Positions 9,952 to 22,712 of a stretch of 64,000 nt of DNA are shown one piece after another. Location: the NCBI GenBank assembly GCA_040772485.1, contig JAXGYC010000007.1, positions 480,001 to 544,000 on the forward strand, given 5' to 3'. The notes under the pieces are model-generated. The model did no database searches. It saw only the letters and a program-made list of their open reading frames with translations, and was not told the DNA's origin. A program made the position numbers and the translations under genes. Each line of letters opens with the position of its first letter. Position 1 is the first letter of the stretch. This DNA comes from Sedimentisphaerales bacterium. Lineage in GTDB: Bacteria > Planctomycetota > Phycisphaerae > Sedimentisphaerales > Anaerobacaceae.

Positions 9952-11103
9952 GTGATTCCTCAAGCCACAAGCCTTGACCGCGAGGCCCCCGGCCTCTATC
10001 TCCACGTCCCGTTTTGCACGAGCAAGTGCCGGTACTGCGGATTCTACTCGCAGCCGCTGGCAGGTCGCGATGTGGATCGCCTGGTTTCAGCTCTCGTGAG
10101 AGAGGTACAGGAATACCGAAACGTTGCGGCGGTGCGCACGATCTACATCGGCGGCGGCAGCCCGACCAGCCTGCCGGTGCGCCGGTTGGCCGGGCTCATC
10201 GAAACCGTCGCATCGATCTGGCCGCAAGCGCAGGAATTCACGGTCGAGTGCAATCCCGGACAGGTCGGCTTCGAGATGCTGTCGATGCTGGCCCGCCGCG
10301 GCGTCAACAGGCTCTCTTTCGGCGTGCAGTCCTTTCACGCCGCAGAGCTCGAAATCCTCGGCCGCCGGCACACCGCCGACGATGCGCGCCGGTCGATCGA
10401 GCAGGCCCAGGACCTCGGATTCGCCAATATCGGAATCGACCTGATCTTCGCCATCCCGGGTTCCACGCTCGCATCGTGGGAGCATTGCCTCCGCTCGGCA
10501 CTCGCCGTTGGCGTGCAGCACATCTCCGCGTACAGCCTGAGCTTCGAGCCGGGAACGCCCCTCGACGAAGCTCGACGGCTCGGCCAGATCGAAAGCGTGG
10601 ACGAAGAGACCGATCGGGCAATGTATGAGATGACCATCGACTATCTGGCCTCGGCAGGATTCGCACAGTACGAGGTGTCGAATTTCGCGTGCGACGGGTT
10701 TGCGTGCCGGCACAATCAGGGGTATTGGGAGAATCGCCCCTACATCGGCATCGGCCCGTCCGCTGCGTCTTATTGGCAGGCCGAGCGGACCGCAAACGTG
10801 GCGGACATCGACACGTATATCCACCGGATGGAGGCAGGTTCTTCGCCAATCGAAGAACGAGACCGGCCCAGTGACGCCGACCGCGTCTGCGAGACCGCCG
10901 TCCTGAATCTGCGGACCCGCAAAGGCGTCGATCTGATCGAATTTCACCGCAGGACCGGAGCGAATTTCCGCGAGGTCTTCGAGCTCCCCTTGCGCCGGCA
11001 CGAACGCGCCGGACTCCTCGAAGTGACCGCAGACCGCGTGCGCCTGGCTCGCAAGGCCCTGGCCGTCGCGGATTCCGTTCTGTGTGATTTTTCCGCGTTT
11101 TGA
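9952..11103 (+). CDS. hemW: Radical SAM heme chaperone HemW (HemN-like)
   Basis: LYLHVPFCTSKCRYC, GGGSP, YEVSNF, HN..YW motifs; adjacent to lepA. Confidence 0.88.
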   Translation: MIPQATSLDREAPGLYLHVPFCTSKCRYCGFYSQPLAGRDVDRLVSALVREVQEYRNVAAVRTIYIGGGSPTSLPVRRLAGLIETVASIWPQAQEFTVECNPGQVGFEMLSMLARRGVNRLSFGVQSFHAAELEILGRRHTADDARRSIEQAQDLGFANIGIDLIFAIPGSTLASWEHCLRSALAVGVQHISAYSLSFEPGTPLDEARRLGQIESVDEETDRAMYEMTIDYLASAGFAQYEVSNFACDGFACRHNQGYWENRPYIGIGPSAASYWQAERTANVADIDTYIHRMEAGSSPIEERDRPSDADRVCETAVLNLRTRKGVDLIEFHRRTGANFREVFELPLRRHERAGLLEVTADRVRLARKALAVADSVLCDFSAF

Positions 11104-11113
11104 GGAATCCAAC

Positions 11114-12910
<1,797 letters not shown>

Positions 12911-12965
12911 GCCGCACGAGCCGCTCCTCACGTCCATCGCCGTGGACCGGCAACGAAGGGAGAGT

Positions 12966-13457
12966 CTATTGCCGGCCGGACGAAGACCTCTTCCAGGGCG
13001 ATGGGGCTTTGGCACCGCCCTTCTTGTTGCGGAACTCCCGTATTCTTCCCTTGTTGGGCTTGTGCTTGGGGCGAAACGCCGGCTTGGGCGGCTGTCCGCC
13101 AGCCATGATGAACAGCGCCTTGCCGCAGGCGTCGCGCGTGACGCGATCGGCGTGTTTGAGCCCCGCGGTCAGGACATCCGACGCCATCTTCCGCATCCGG
13201 CCCTTCATGCTCCGCAATCCGTAAGCGGCCGCCTTCTTGGCGGTGCGAGGGAAGTCCCCGAACAAAATTTCCTTGAGGATGTCCAGGCCGTCTTCCTGCA
13301 TCCAGGACAGATTGAAGGCGGCCAGACGGGCGGTGGAGACATTGTCGGAGAACACCCTGTCCCGGAGTTTGTTGAGCAACTCAATCGCGGCCTCGTCCTT
13401 CTCCCGTCCGGAAGGTGTCCTTTTCTCGAGCTTCATAGAGCCCTCCATGTCAAGCAT
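12966..13457 (-). CDS. Hypothetical protein with short HEAT-like helical region and basic tail
   Basis: AAAYGLR and DRVTRDAC..AL HEAT-like motifs; host-like codon usage. Confidence 0.6.
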   Translation of the reverse strand: MLDMEGSMKLEKRTPSGREKDEAAIELLNKLRDRVFSDNVSTARLAAFNLSWMQEDGLDILKEILFGDFPRTAKKAAAYGLRSMKGRMRKMASDVLTAGLKHADRVTRDACGKALFIMAGGQPPKPAFRPKHKPNKGRIREFRNKKGGAKAPSPWKRSSSGRQ

Positions 13458-13786
13458 CCATGCTTCGTGACCCTGCCTCCTCCCTGAGCGGATAGAGGCC
13501 CGCGCTCTGTGCTGCCGCTCTCGGTCCCCAGAGGTCCCGGCGTCTCCGATTCTGGAGCCCGCCAGACGAAAATCGAGGTCCGCAGACCGGTTTGGACCTC
13601 CAATCTAACGCGACCATTGGCTCTCATGCAAGAGGCAACTCACAAAAATCCGTGAAAGACCTGCATTCCGTAGGCAAGCAAGCGACGATTACAGGACGCC
13701 GTGCCGGGCGGCAATCTCCTTCGTCAAATCCTATGACAGCGGAAGTATCGTATACTTTGAAGGGAGGAAGCTGGGAGGTCAACGTC

Positions 13787-13975
13787 ATGTGGACATTGCT
13801 GGTCAGTGCAACCATTCCGATGCCGGCGGGCGACGTGACGCTGGAGATTCTCCCGCCGGATGTCAACGCCGTGCTGCCGTTAGCGATTCTGTGCATTGCG
13901 TCGGTTCTGTGCACCGCCGTGTGGTTCCTCGCGGTCTCCACCTGCGTCATCGGGCGTCATGACACTATGGTATGA
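13787..13975 (+). CDS. Small membrane protein (62 aa)
   Basis: GGAGGT RBS, hydrophobic TM segment. Confidence 0.45.
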   Translation: MWTLLVSATIPMPAGDVTLEILPPDVNAVLPLAILCIASVLCTAVWFLAVSTCVIGRHDTMV

Positions 13976-14147
13976 TGACTCCCGCATCGCCCCGGCTATC
14001 CTGTGGCCAAACGTCTTTCTACAGCAAGCAGCCCCTGCACGAGCCGCCTCGTTTCTCCCGCACCATCTTGAGGAGAGGCCGCCGAACCGGTAGAATGGAT
14101 GCTCGTATCTGACAAGAAACTCTCTGAGGAAAGTCTCCGGGGGCCTT

Positions 14148-15737
14148 ATGCCAAGACGATCCAGCCATTCGATGCCATACGATGACACTTTCACTCGCAT
14201 CGCGCTGGGAGTCTATGCGCCAGTTCGCAGCCAGAGATTGCCTGCGGCCCTGGCCCTGCTGGTCGTCCTGGCGGCTGCCACGGGGGCCCGCGCCGCCGAT
14301 GCGCCCCAATGGGGTCAGCAGTACAGCCGCAACATGGTCTCGCCGGAAACCGGGCTGCCCGACCGTTTCGATCCGGCCACGGGCCAGAACATCAAATGGG
14401 TGGTCCCCCTGGGCAGCCAGACCTACGCCACGCCGACCGTCGCGGCCGGCAAGGTGCTGATCGGCACCAACAACGACAACCCTCGCGATGAAGACCACAA
14501 AGGCGATCGCGGCATTCTGCTGTGCCTGAACGAATCCGACGGGGCCCTGGCCTGGCAGCTCATTGCGCCGAAGCTCTCCGACGACATCTACAAGGACTGG
14601 CCCAAGGCCGGAATGTGTTCGCCCCCCACCGTCGAGGGCGACCGCGTATACATGGTGACCAATCGCAACGAGGTGGTCTGCCTCGACCTGCACGGCCTGG
14701 CCAACGGCAACGATGGTCCCTATCGCGACGAGGTCCGCCGCATGGTCCCGGCCGACAAGGAGCCTGTCCCCCTGAAGAGCACAGATGCGGATATCCTCTG
14801 GCTCTACGACATCCCCGCCGAGATTGGCTTGTTTCCGCACGACTCGGTCCATTGCTCGATCCTCATTCTCGGCCAGTTCCTCTACATCAACAGCAACAGC
14901 GGACTGAACGGCACGCACAAAGAGGTCCGCATGCCCGAGGCGCCCAGCCTGATCGTGCTCGACAAAACGACCGGGCGGCTCATCGCGAAGGACGATGAGA
15001 ACATCGGCCCGAACATCATCCACTCGACGTGGTCGTCGCCGGCGGTCGGCCAGATCGACGGCCAGACGCGGGTGTTCTTCTGCGGCGGAGACGGCGTCTG
15101 CTATGCCTTCGAGCCTGTCCAATCAGTCCCCCCCGATGGCGCCGTCCACAAGCTCAAACGGCTCTGGCGATTCGATTGCGACCCGACGGCGCCCAAAGAG
15201 AACGTCCAGCAGTACAACGGCAACCGGCAGGTCAGCCCGAGCAACATCAAGAGCATGCCCGTCTTCCATGACAACCGCCTGTATGTCACCGTCGGAGGCG
15301 ACATCTGGTGGGGCAAGCCGCTCGCCTGGCTCCAGTGCATCGACGCAACCCGGACGGGCAACACCACCGCCGACGGTCCGATCTGGGCCTTCCCGATGCA
15401 GACCCATTGCTGCTCGACCCCCTCGATCTGGAACGGTCTGGCCTTCGTCGCCGACTGCGAAGGCAACGTGCATTGCGTCGATATCGAGACGGGGAAGCCG
15501 CACTGGACGCACAAGTGCGATGGGGAGATCTGGGCCTCGACGCTGGTGGCCGACGGGAAAGTCTATATCGGAACGCGGCGCCGCGACTTCTGGGTCCTGG
15601 CAGCCGACAAGGAGAAGAAAGTCCTCAGCTCCGTCAAGCTCGACAGTCCCATGACCGGCAGTCCGGTCGCTGCCAACGGCGTCCTTTATGTGGCCACGAT
15701 GAAGAGCCTCTGCGCGGTGCAGCAGAGTGCGAAATGA
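14148..15737 (+). CDS. PQQ-binding-like beta-propeller repeat protein (BamB-like), exported
   Basis: Signal peptide, NIKW, repeated SSP...G.VY / D..TG...W propeller motifs. Confidence 0.85.
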   Translation: MPRRSSHSMPYDDTFTRIALGVYAPVRSQRLPAALALLVVLAAATGARAADAPQWGQQYSRNMVSPETGLPDRFDPATGQNIKWVVPLGSQTYATPTVAAGKVLIGTNNDNPRDEDHKGDRGILLCLNESDGALAWQLIAPKLSDDIYKDWPKAGMCSPPTVEGDRVYMVTNRNEVVCLDLHGLANGNDGPYRDEVRRMVPADKEPVPLKSTDADILWLYDIPAEIGLFPHDSVHCSILILGQFLYINSNSGLNGTHKEVRMPEAPSLIVLDKTTGRLIAKDDENIGPNIIHSTWSSPAVGQIDGQTRVFFCGGDGVCYAFEPVQSVPPDGAVHKLKRLWRFDCDPTAPKENVQQYNGNRQVSPSNIKSMPVFHDNRLYVTVGGDIWWGKPLAWLQCIDATRTGNTTADGPIWAFPMQTHCCSTPSIWNGLAFVADCEGNVHCVDIETGKPHWTHKCDGEIWASTLVADGKVYIGTRRRDFWVLAADKEKKVLSSVKLDSPMTGSPVAANGVLYVATMKSLCAVQQSAK

Positions 15738-15750
15738 TTCGATCCGGCCG

Positions 15751-17622
15751 TCATTGGGCCGGAACGAGCCAGGTGACGAATCCGCCGCCGTCCTGGGTCT
15801 GCACGTCGAGCTTCTGGCCCTTGGTCACGTTCGCGCGTTCGACGCTCATCTCGGCCGGCTTGCCCGCGACGTCGCGCACCAGCACCGCGTCATACGCTCC
15901 ATCGGCAAGGAACGACAGGTCCAGCGCGTGCGTTTGGGCCTTGCCGCCGTTGATGATCGCGACGAACCAGGATGCGCCGCTGCGGCGGGCAAAGGCCGCG
16001 ACCTCACCGATCTCGCTGCCGGGCAGAACGATCGTCTGGTCCCACGTTGAAGGCATCGCCTTGATGACCTCCAGCACGTTGCTGTCGAGATAGAACTTCC
16101 AGTGATCGGCCCAGTGCATCAGCGGCGACGTGAACACTACCGCCGAGGCAAGCTGGAGGGCCGCGGTGGTTCCCTTGAGCTTGTCCGGATTGAACGTGCA
16201 GGGCGTGAAATCTCCGTGTCCGGCCAGGTAACGCGTGAACGGCAGCGTTGCGTAATGCGTCGCCGGCAGTTCGGACCACTTGTTGTACTCCAGGCCGCGA
16301 ATGCCTTCCCGCGTCATCTCGTTCGGGAACGTCCTCGATTCGCCCGTCGGCTTGTTGGCGCCGTGGTAGTTGACCATGAGCTTGTTTCGGGCCGCGGTCG
16401 CCAGAGTGTACGTGTAGAAATCAATCCGCGAGCGGGACTCGGAGTCCATGAAGTCGATCTTCACGCCGACCGCTCCCGCCTGGGCGCAGCGCCGCAGGAA
16501 ATCCTCCCGGTCGCCCACCGTTTCCAGTCCCCCCCAGTGCTTCCAGACGTTGATCCCGACGCCCTTGCCCTTGGCGTAGTCGCACAGCTCCTTGAGGCAG
16601 GCCCACATGTCCTTGGTGGGCAGTTGCCAGGACTTCTCCCAACCGGCATCGACGAGGTAGTACTCGAAACCCATCTCGGCCGCCTTGTCCACCCACTCCT
16701 TCTGGTAGCGGAACTCCACACTGCTGTCGGACCACCAGTTCCACAGCGAGCGTCCCGGCTTGATCCACGCGCAGGCCAGGCCACCGGGGAAGAGGTTGGC
16801 GCCCGGCGCCGGACACAGATTGGCGACGATGTCGCTGTTGACCAGTGCGCTCAAATCGGGTCCGGTCATCGTCACCCGCCAGGGCGTGCGGATCTCGCCG
16901 GTTTCCTGCCACTTGGCGTCGTCCTCGAAGACGCCCTTGAGCCGGCTCGGACGGGCCGCGCGAACCGTCAATCCGCTGAAGGCGAGCAGCCCGGCCTCCG
17001 TGATCGCGCCGTAGGTCCCATCGGCGTACTGGATCGTGATGGGAAACCCGATCTGCTCATCGACCTTGATCCTCGTGGCCAATGACTTGGCGTAGAAACC
17101 CTCGTAGTTGGCGACGTTCGTCTGGTACCAGACTTGGCAGTCCCTCGGCAGGTTCCAGGTGCTGGCCTCGCCGGAGATGGTCCGCTGCCCTACCCCAGGG
17201 ACAACGTAGCGATAAGCAAGACCATCATCGAAGACGCGCATCTCGATCACGTGAGACGTCTTCGACTCGGCGTGTGTCACGTCGATCTCGGCGACGTGGC
17301 AGCGATTCACCGCCTCGCTATGGACGCCGCGCCAGGGATAGCGCTCGTCGATCGTAGTCCGTCGGCACTCGCCCAGGGCCGCGCCCTGCCCGAGGTCAAC
17401 GCCGTCCACCGTGATCCCGAGCGTCGATGGGTTCAGAATGACCGTATCGGACCCTTTGACCCGCTGCACCCAATAGCACAGCCGGCCCTCGTCGTTGACG
17501 AGAACCTCGACCCGGATCGCACCGTCCGGCGATGCGATCGTCACCGGCTCGGCGTCGCCGGCCGTCGGGACGGACAAGCATATCGAGAGAACAGCACACA
17601 CCAGGCTGCAACATGCCTTCAT
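15751..17622 (-). CDS. Glycoside hydrolase family 97
   Basis: SPDG N-terminus, WIKPG, GVKIDF, YHGANKPTG..RTFPN..TREG, PFTR. Confidence 0.9.
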   Translation of the reverse strand: MKACCSLVCAVLSICLSVPTAGDAEPVTIASPDGAIRVEVLVNDEGRLCYWVQRVKGSDTVILNPSTLGITVDGVDLGQGAALGECRRTTIDERYPWRGVHSEAVNRCHVAEIDVTHAESKTSHVIEMRVFDDGLAYRYVVPGVGQRTISGEASTWNLPRDCQVWYQTNVANYEGFYAKSLATRIKVDEQIGFPITIQYADGTYGAITEAGLLAFSGLTVRAARPSRLKGVFEDDAKWQETGEIRTPWRVTMTGPDLSALVNSDIVANLCPAPGANLFPGGLACAWIKPGRSLWNWWSDSSVEFRYQKEWVDKAAEMGFEYYLVDAGWEKSWQLPTKDMWACLKELCDYAKGKGVGINVWKHWGGLETVGDREDFLRRCAQAGAVGVKIDFMDSESRSRIDFYTYTLATAARNKLMVNYHGANKPTGESRTFPNEMTREGIRGLEYNKWSELPATHYATLPFTRYLAGHGDFTPCTFNPDKLKGTTAALQLASAVVFTSPLMHWADHWKFYLDSNVLEVIKAMPSTWDQTIVLPGSEIGEVAAFARRSGASWFVAIINGGKAQTHALDLSFLADGAYDAVLVRDVAGKPAEMSVERANVTKGQKLDVQTQDGGGFVTWLVPAQ

Positions 17623-17826
17623 CGGTCTTTCCTTTCTGGATGGCGGTGATTCGAGATGTCTCCTCCATCGGCTCCAGAGTGCCACATCTTGAGCACCGGT
17701 GCAACCCTTTCTGTGTGCCAAACCGCGTTTGCGCCTTCCCACAAGCCTGTAACAGGGTATGATATGGGAACTTCGGCTCTGTTGCGTCCGAATCGAACGA
17801 GTACATCACCAAGGGAGGACACGCAA

Positions 17827-19086
17827 ATGAAGCGATATCGGTCAATTCTCGCCTTTGTAAGTCTGTTGGCTTTTGGCGGGGCCATGGGTGGCTCGCGTGC
17901 CGCCGCCGACTGGAGGGCCGAGGCCAACGCCCGCATCGGGCAAATCCGCCGGCAGGACGTGCGCGTGGAGGTCCTCGACAGCCAGGGAAAGCCGGTCCAG
18001 GACGCACAGATTGCCGTCCGGCAGATCCGCCAGGCCTTTCCGTTCGGGGCCGCCATCGGCCGTGCTTTCCTGAACAACGCCAGGTTCCAGGAGTTCTTCA
18101 AGGACCACTTCAACTGCGCGGTCTTCGAGAACGAGACAAAGTGGTACGCAAACGAGCGGGCCCAGGGCCAGGAACGCTATGCCGACGCCGATGCGATGTT
18201 CGCGTGGTGCCAGGCCAACGGCATCCCGGTGCGCGGCCATTGCGTCTTCTGGGAGCCTGAGAAATGGCAGCCTCGCTGGCTCCAGCCTCTGACCGGTGAC
18301 GAATTGCGGCAGGCGGTGGAACGACGGCTCGAAAGCGTCGTGCCCCACTTCCGGGGCAAGTTCGTCAGTTGGGACGTCAACAATGAGACGCTGCACGGCG
18401 ATTTTTTCAAGGCCCGCCTGGGCGAAGCGATCTGGCCTTGGATGTTCCGGCGCGCGCACGAGCTGGACCCCGATGTGAAGCTCTTCGTCAACGAGTTCAA
18501 CATCCTCTCGGTCGACAAGGATTTCACTGAGGTGCAGACGGACGAGTACGTCGCGCACACGCGATGGCTGATCGACCAGGGCGCCCCCATTCACGGCGTG
18601 GGCATCCAGGGCCACATCTGGTCCGAAGACATCCTCTCCAAGCCCGAAGTCCTCAAGGAGCGGCTCGACAAGGTCGCCACCCTGAACCTGCCGATCTGGA
18701 TCAGTGAGTTCGACGTGGCCGACGACGATGAACGAAGCTGCGCCGACAAGCTCGAACTGGTGTACCGCACCGCCTACAGCCATCCGGCGGTCGAGGGCAT
18801 CGTGATGTGGGTCGTCTGGGCCGGCAACTCCTGGCGCGGTCCCAACGGAGGTCTCGCGCATCGCGACTGGACCCTGAACGAAGCAGGCAAGCGCTATGAA
18901 GCTCTGATGACCGAGTGGTCCACGAAGACTTCGGGCCGCAGCGATGCCGAGGGCCTCTTCGCCTTTCGCGGCTTCCACGGAGACTACGAAATCGCCGTCA
19001 CGCCGCCGGAAGGCGAGGCGATGAGTCGATCGGTGCAGGTCACGGCAAGTCCGCAGGCCCAGACCGTAACGACCCGTCTGAAGTGA
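17827..19086 (+). CDS. Glycoside hydrolase family 10 (endo-1,4-beta-xylanase-like)
   Basis: ENETKW, VRGH, WDVNNE, GIQGH, IWISEFD; signal peptide, GGAGG RBS. Confidence 0.92.
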   Translation: MKRYRSILAFVSLLAFGGAMGGSRAAADWRAEANARIGQIRRQDVRVEVLDSQGKPVQDAQIAVRQIRQAFPFGAAIGRAFLNNARFQEFFKDHFNCAVFENETKWYANERAQGQERYADADAMFAWCQANGIPVRGHCVFWEPEKWQPRWLQPLTGDELRQAVERRLESVVPHFRGKFVSWDVNNETLHGDFFKARLGEAIWPWMFRRAHELDPDVKLFVNEFNILSVDKDFTEVQTDEYVAHTRWLIDQGAPIHGVGIQGHIWSEDILSKPEVLKERLDKVATLNLPIWISEFDVADDDERSCADKLELVYRTAYSHPAVEGIVMWVVWAGNSWRGPNGGLAHRDWTLNEAGKRYEALMTEWSTKTSGRSDAEGLFAFRGFHGDYEIAVTPPEGEAMSRSVQVTASPQAQTVTTRLK

Positions 19087-21760
19087 TTCCCCGCCGGCGC
19101 CGCATCGTGTGGATGGTCAGGCCGTCGAGCGAGTGCGACTCGCTCGGCAGCAACAGGCTCGCGCCGTAGCCGACCACGAAGCACGTCGCGACGCCGATGA
19201 CGGCGAAGAGATAGCCGTTGACGGCGGTATAGACCGGCAGCATCGCCATGACGCCTGCTCCCGCGAGCGCCCCGAGCAGCGAGCCCCATCCGCCGGCCCG
19301 GCGCGTCAGCACGCCCAGCGCGAACAGCCCGCCCAGCACGCCCATGAACAGACCGATCACCTTGATGAACGAGTCGAACAGCGAGCGATTGGCCGGGTCG
19401 ACGAACAGCAGTCCCAACGCCGTGCCGGCCGCACCGAATCCGAAGGTCAACGTGCGGGCCCAGGCGAGAGCCCCCTGTTCCGTTCGGACGGCACGAAACG
19501 GCCGCAAGAAGTCGGTCACGACCGCCGTCGCGGTCGAGTTCATGCTGGTGGAGATCGTCGACTGGGCCGCCGCGAAGATGCCCGCCACGATCAGACCGGC
19601 GACGCCGACGGGGACCTCGCGCGCAATGAACAGCGGAAGGATCTGGTCGGTCATGAAGGTCGGGTCCAGCCGCTCGGGGTGGGATTTGTAGAAGACGTAC
19701 AGAGCCGTGCCCATCCCGAAGAACAGGAACGACGAAGGGATCGTCATCAGCGCTGCGGCCCAGATCGATCCGGCCGCCCGCTTCATATCCGGCGTCGTCA
19801 TGTATCGCTGGACGACCGCCTGATCGGCGGTGTACGACGAGAGGTGCTGGCCGAAGCCACCGAGAATCACGACCCACAATGCCAGCGAGGCGCTGGTCGG
19901 GTCCATGTGCCAGTTGAAGGCGTGCAGCTTGCCGTCTGCGGCCGCCGTGTCGAAAGACCCGGCGATGCCGCCCTCCGAGCCGGCGACCATCAGACCCAGG
20001 CAAACCAGCGCGCCGCCAAGCAGCACGAACGTCTGAATCGTGTCGGTCCAGATCACCGCCTCGATCCCGCCGACCGTGCAGTAGACGATGCTCAGCGCGC
20101 CCATAATCAGCACGCATTGAGCCGGACTCAGCGACGTCACGCTCGCCAGCGCCAGCGACGCCAGGCTCATCACGATCCCCATGCGGAAGACGTGGAACAG
20201 CGTGAACGATCCGCTGGCGAACAGCCGCACCGGCATGTTGAACCGCTTCTGGAGGTATTCGTACGCGCTGGTCGCATCGATCTGCCGGAAGAACGGCAAC
20301 GCCAGATAGATCGCCACCGGCGCCACCGCCGGGATCATCAGATTGCCGACCAGATAGACTAAGTCCTGGGCGTAGGCCTTGGCGGGAATCGCCATGTACG
20401 TGATCGAGCTGAGCATGGTCGCGAAGATCGAGCAGCCCGCCGCCCACCAGATGACCCTCTGTCCACCGCGGAAGTAGTCGTTGGTGTCGCGGTTCCGCCG
20501 GACGAAGTAGACGCCCACGCCCACCATCGCCAGCAGGTAGATCGTCAGCACCGTGAAGTTGATCGCACCGAAGGACCGTTTGTGCGCAACCGGTTCGATG
20601 GCCCAGACCGCCGGCGCGCGGACGCGAGGCTTGATCTCGCCCGACGCGAGAATCACCTTGCCGTCCCACACGACCGCCGGCGTCGTTACCTGATTGGCTG
20701 GCGATGCGCCCGCCTCGATCCAGGTGTCCGTGATCGTGTGATACGCCAGCACCCGTTTGGGAAAGCCGGGATGCTCGAGCTTCAGCTCGTCGGCACGGGC
20801 CATGAGCGATCCGTCGTCGCCGCTGAGCACGAAGATGTGTGACTGGCCGATCGCGGCGCCAGCGCCCGCCATCACCGCGTACGGGACGTCCGCGCGCCTG
20901 CGCCAGGGCTGGGCGAATCGGCCCGTTCCAGAATAGGCGTTACTGCGCGCATCAAACGCAGCCGCATCGTAGCGTTGCGGGTTGAACTCATAGACGTCGC
21001 GAAGGGCGAAAACATCCGGCGTCGGTGCGAATCCCGCAGCGTCCGCAACGCGATCAGGATCATTCACGCAGCGACCGCCGACGACATAGATGCAGTCGTC
21101 GAACCCGTTGTGCTGCGCGACCATGAGATAAAAGGCCCTACCCGGTCCGGGCCAGGAAGGCAAGGCTTCCCAGCGGAACGACTCGACCGGACCGCCCCAC
21201 CGCGACAGGTCGAGCCGCCAGAAGTTGCCCGTTGCCGTATCGAGCGTCGAACCTCTCTGGCCGCCCGCCAGGTAGATCACGTCGCCGATCCGCGCAGCCG
21301 CCCCACAAGCGCAAGGCTCCGGCAACGGCGCAAGCGGCTCCTGACTCACCCACCGCACGAGCGGGTCACATCTCAGCAGGAAGCAACGGTCGAAGACTGC
21401 CTGCCCGTCCGTTCCCCCCAGGCACGCGACGCCATATGGAGTGCTGACACAGGCGGCGTAGGCAATCGGACGATCCAGCTTGAAGCCGGCGAGCCATTCG
21501 TAGCCGCCGGCTCCGCTGGCGACCAGAACCCAGGCTTCATCCCGCCAGAGCTTCTCGCTCTCCCAGACCGGCTCGGGGAAGTAGGCGCCGCCCGCGACGA
21601 TCAAGGCATCGTTGTGCACACCTACCAGCGGCCCGCCCAATCCCGGCGTATCGGGCATTGCAGGCAACGCCTCCCATCGCAGCACCTCGCCGGCGGACGC
21701 AGAGGCGCCGGATAACAGAGCCAGCAAAGCCCACAGAACGAGGCAGCGATTGGCGCTCAC
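19040..21760 (-). CDS. Kelch/NanM-like beta-propeller fused to sodium:solute symporter (putative sialic acid uptake)
   Basis: N-terminal Kelch repeats (VAGG, CLGG, LAGG, VVGG) then SSS motifs (SIFATMLSS, AYEYL..RF, AVIWTD, DQAVVQRY); downstream of nanA. Confidence 0.88.
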   Translation of the reverse strand: MSANRCLVLWALLALLSGASASAGEVLRWEALPAMPDTPGLGGPLVGVHNDALIVAGGAYFPEPVWESEKLWRDEAWVLVASGAGGYEWLAGFKLDRPIAYAACVSTPYGVACLGGTDGQAVFDRCFLLRCDPLVRWVSQEPLAPLPEPCACGAAARIGDVIYLAGGQRGSTLDTATGNFWRLDLSRWGGPVESFRWEALPSWPGPGRAFYLMVAQHNGFDDCIYVVGGRCVNDPDRVADAAGFAPTPDVFALRDVYEFNPQRYDAAAFDARSNAYSGTGRFAQPWRRRADVPYAVMAGAGAAIGQSHIFVLSGDDGSLMARADELKLEHPGFPKRVLAYHTITDTWIEAGASPANQVTTPAVVWDGKVILASGEIKPRVRAPAVWAIEPVAHKRSFGAINFTVLTIYLLAMVGVGVYFVRRNRDTNDYFRGGQRVIWWAAGCSIFATMLSSITYMAIPAKAYAQDLVYLVGNLMIPAVAPVAIYLALPFFRQIDATSAYEYLQKRFNMPVRLFASGSFTLFHVFRMGIVMSLASLALASVTSLSPAQCVLIMGALSIVYCTVGGIEAVIWTDTIQTFVLLGGALVCLGLMVAGSEGGIAGSFDTAAADGKLHAFNWHMDPTSASLALWVVILGGFGQHLSSYTADQAVVQRYMTTPDMKRAAGSIWAAALMTIPSSFLFFGMGTALYVFYKSHPERLDPTFMTDQILPLFIAREVPVGVAGLIVAGIFAAAQSTISTSMNSTATAVVTDFLRPFRAVRTEQGALAWARTLTFGFGAAGTALGLLFVDPANRSLFDSFIKVIGLFMGVLGGLFALGVLTRRAGGWGSLLGALAGAGVMAMLPVYTAVNGYLFAVIGVATCFVVGYGASLLLPSESHSLDGLTIHTMRRRRGITSDGSLRSGPADLP

Positions 21761-21773
21761 GGACGGTTCTCCC

Positions 21774-22712
21774 CTACTCGTTGGAGATGGCGTTTCCTCC
21801 GGCGGGCCGGGACCAGTCGAAGAACCCGAGTGCATCGAGGTCGCGCCGCAATTGCTCCACCTGTGCGCTGTCGACGCGAGGCAAAGGCAAGCGGCACGGC
21901 CCGCAGTCGAGGCCCAGCATGGCCAGTATCTGTTTCATCGCAGGATGGAAGGGACAGCGGTTGATCGCGCGGACCATCTGAATCGAGAGCGACTGAAGCC
22001 GCCGCGCCTCGACCAGATCGCCCCGCTCGAACGCCTCCATCAGTCGCCGGTACAATGGCGCCGCGATGTTGTACGTGCTGCCGATCGCGCCCCGCGCGCC
22101 GGCCGCCAGGGCGCTGAGCAGCATCTCGTCGCAGCCCCACACGCAGTCGAACCGCCCTCTGTCCAACTCCAGGCACGCCTGGAACTCGAAGACCGTCGGC
22201 GCCGTGTGCTTCATGCCGACCAGGTTGGGGATCCGCGCCGCCGCCACCGGCAGGAAGCTCACCATGTCCAGCGCCACACCCGTCAAAGCGGGAATGTGGT
22301 AGTAGTAGAACGGCAGGTCGGGCGCCGCCGAGGCAACCTGCGCCATGCAATCGGCGAGCACCTCGATCGAGCTGACCTTGAAGTAGGACGGCGCCGTCGC
22401 CGAGATCGCATCGGCGCCGATCCACCGGGCGTGGCCGGCCAGTTGGGCCGCCTCCGCCAGCGAGTTGTGACCCACCTGCACGATGGTCTCGAGCCGTCCC
22501 TTGGCGACCTGCACGTATGCCTCGGCCACCGCCCGCCGCTCGTCGCCCGAAAGCGACATCCCTTCGCCCGTGCTGCCGCAGATGTAGATGCCTGTCACGC
22601 CCGCTCGCTCCAGGAAATCCACCATCGCCGGCACAAGATCGAGATGCAGCGATCCATCTTCATGCAGCGGCGTATACGTCGCCGCAATCAATCCCGTCAA
22701 CCGATACTCCAT
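21774..22712 (-). CDS. nanA: N-acetylneuraminate lyase (DHDPS family)
   Basis: GSTGEG, YYYHIPALTG, GMKHT Schiff-base Lys, GAIGSTYN. Confidence 0.8.
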   Translation of the reverse strand: MEYRLTGLIAATYTPLHEDGSLHLDLVPAMVDFLERAGVTGIYICGSTGEGMSLSGDERRAVAEAYVQVAKGRLETIVQVGHNSLAEAAQLAGHARWIGADAISATAPSYFKVSSIEVLADCMAQVASAAPDLPFYYYHIPALTGVALDMVSFLPVAAARIPNLVGMKHTAPTVFEFQACLELDRGRFDCVWGCDEMLLSALAAGARGAIGSTYNIAAPLYRRLMEAFERGDLVEARRLQSLSIQMVRAINRCPFHPAMKQILAMLGLDCGPCRLPLPRVDSAQVEQLRRDLDALGFFDWSRPAGGNAISNE

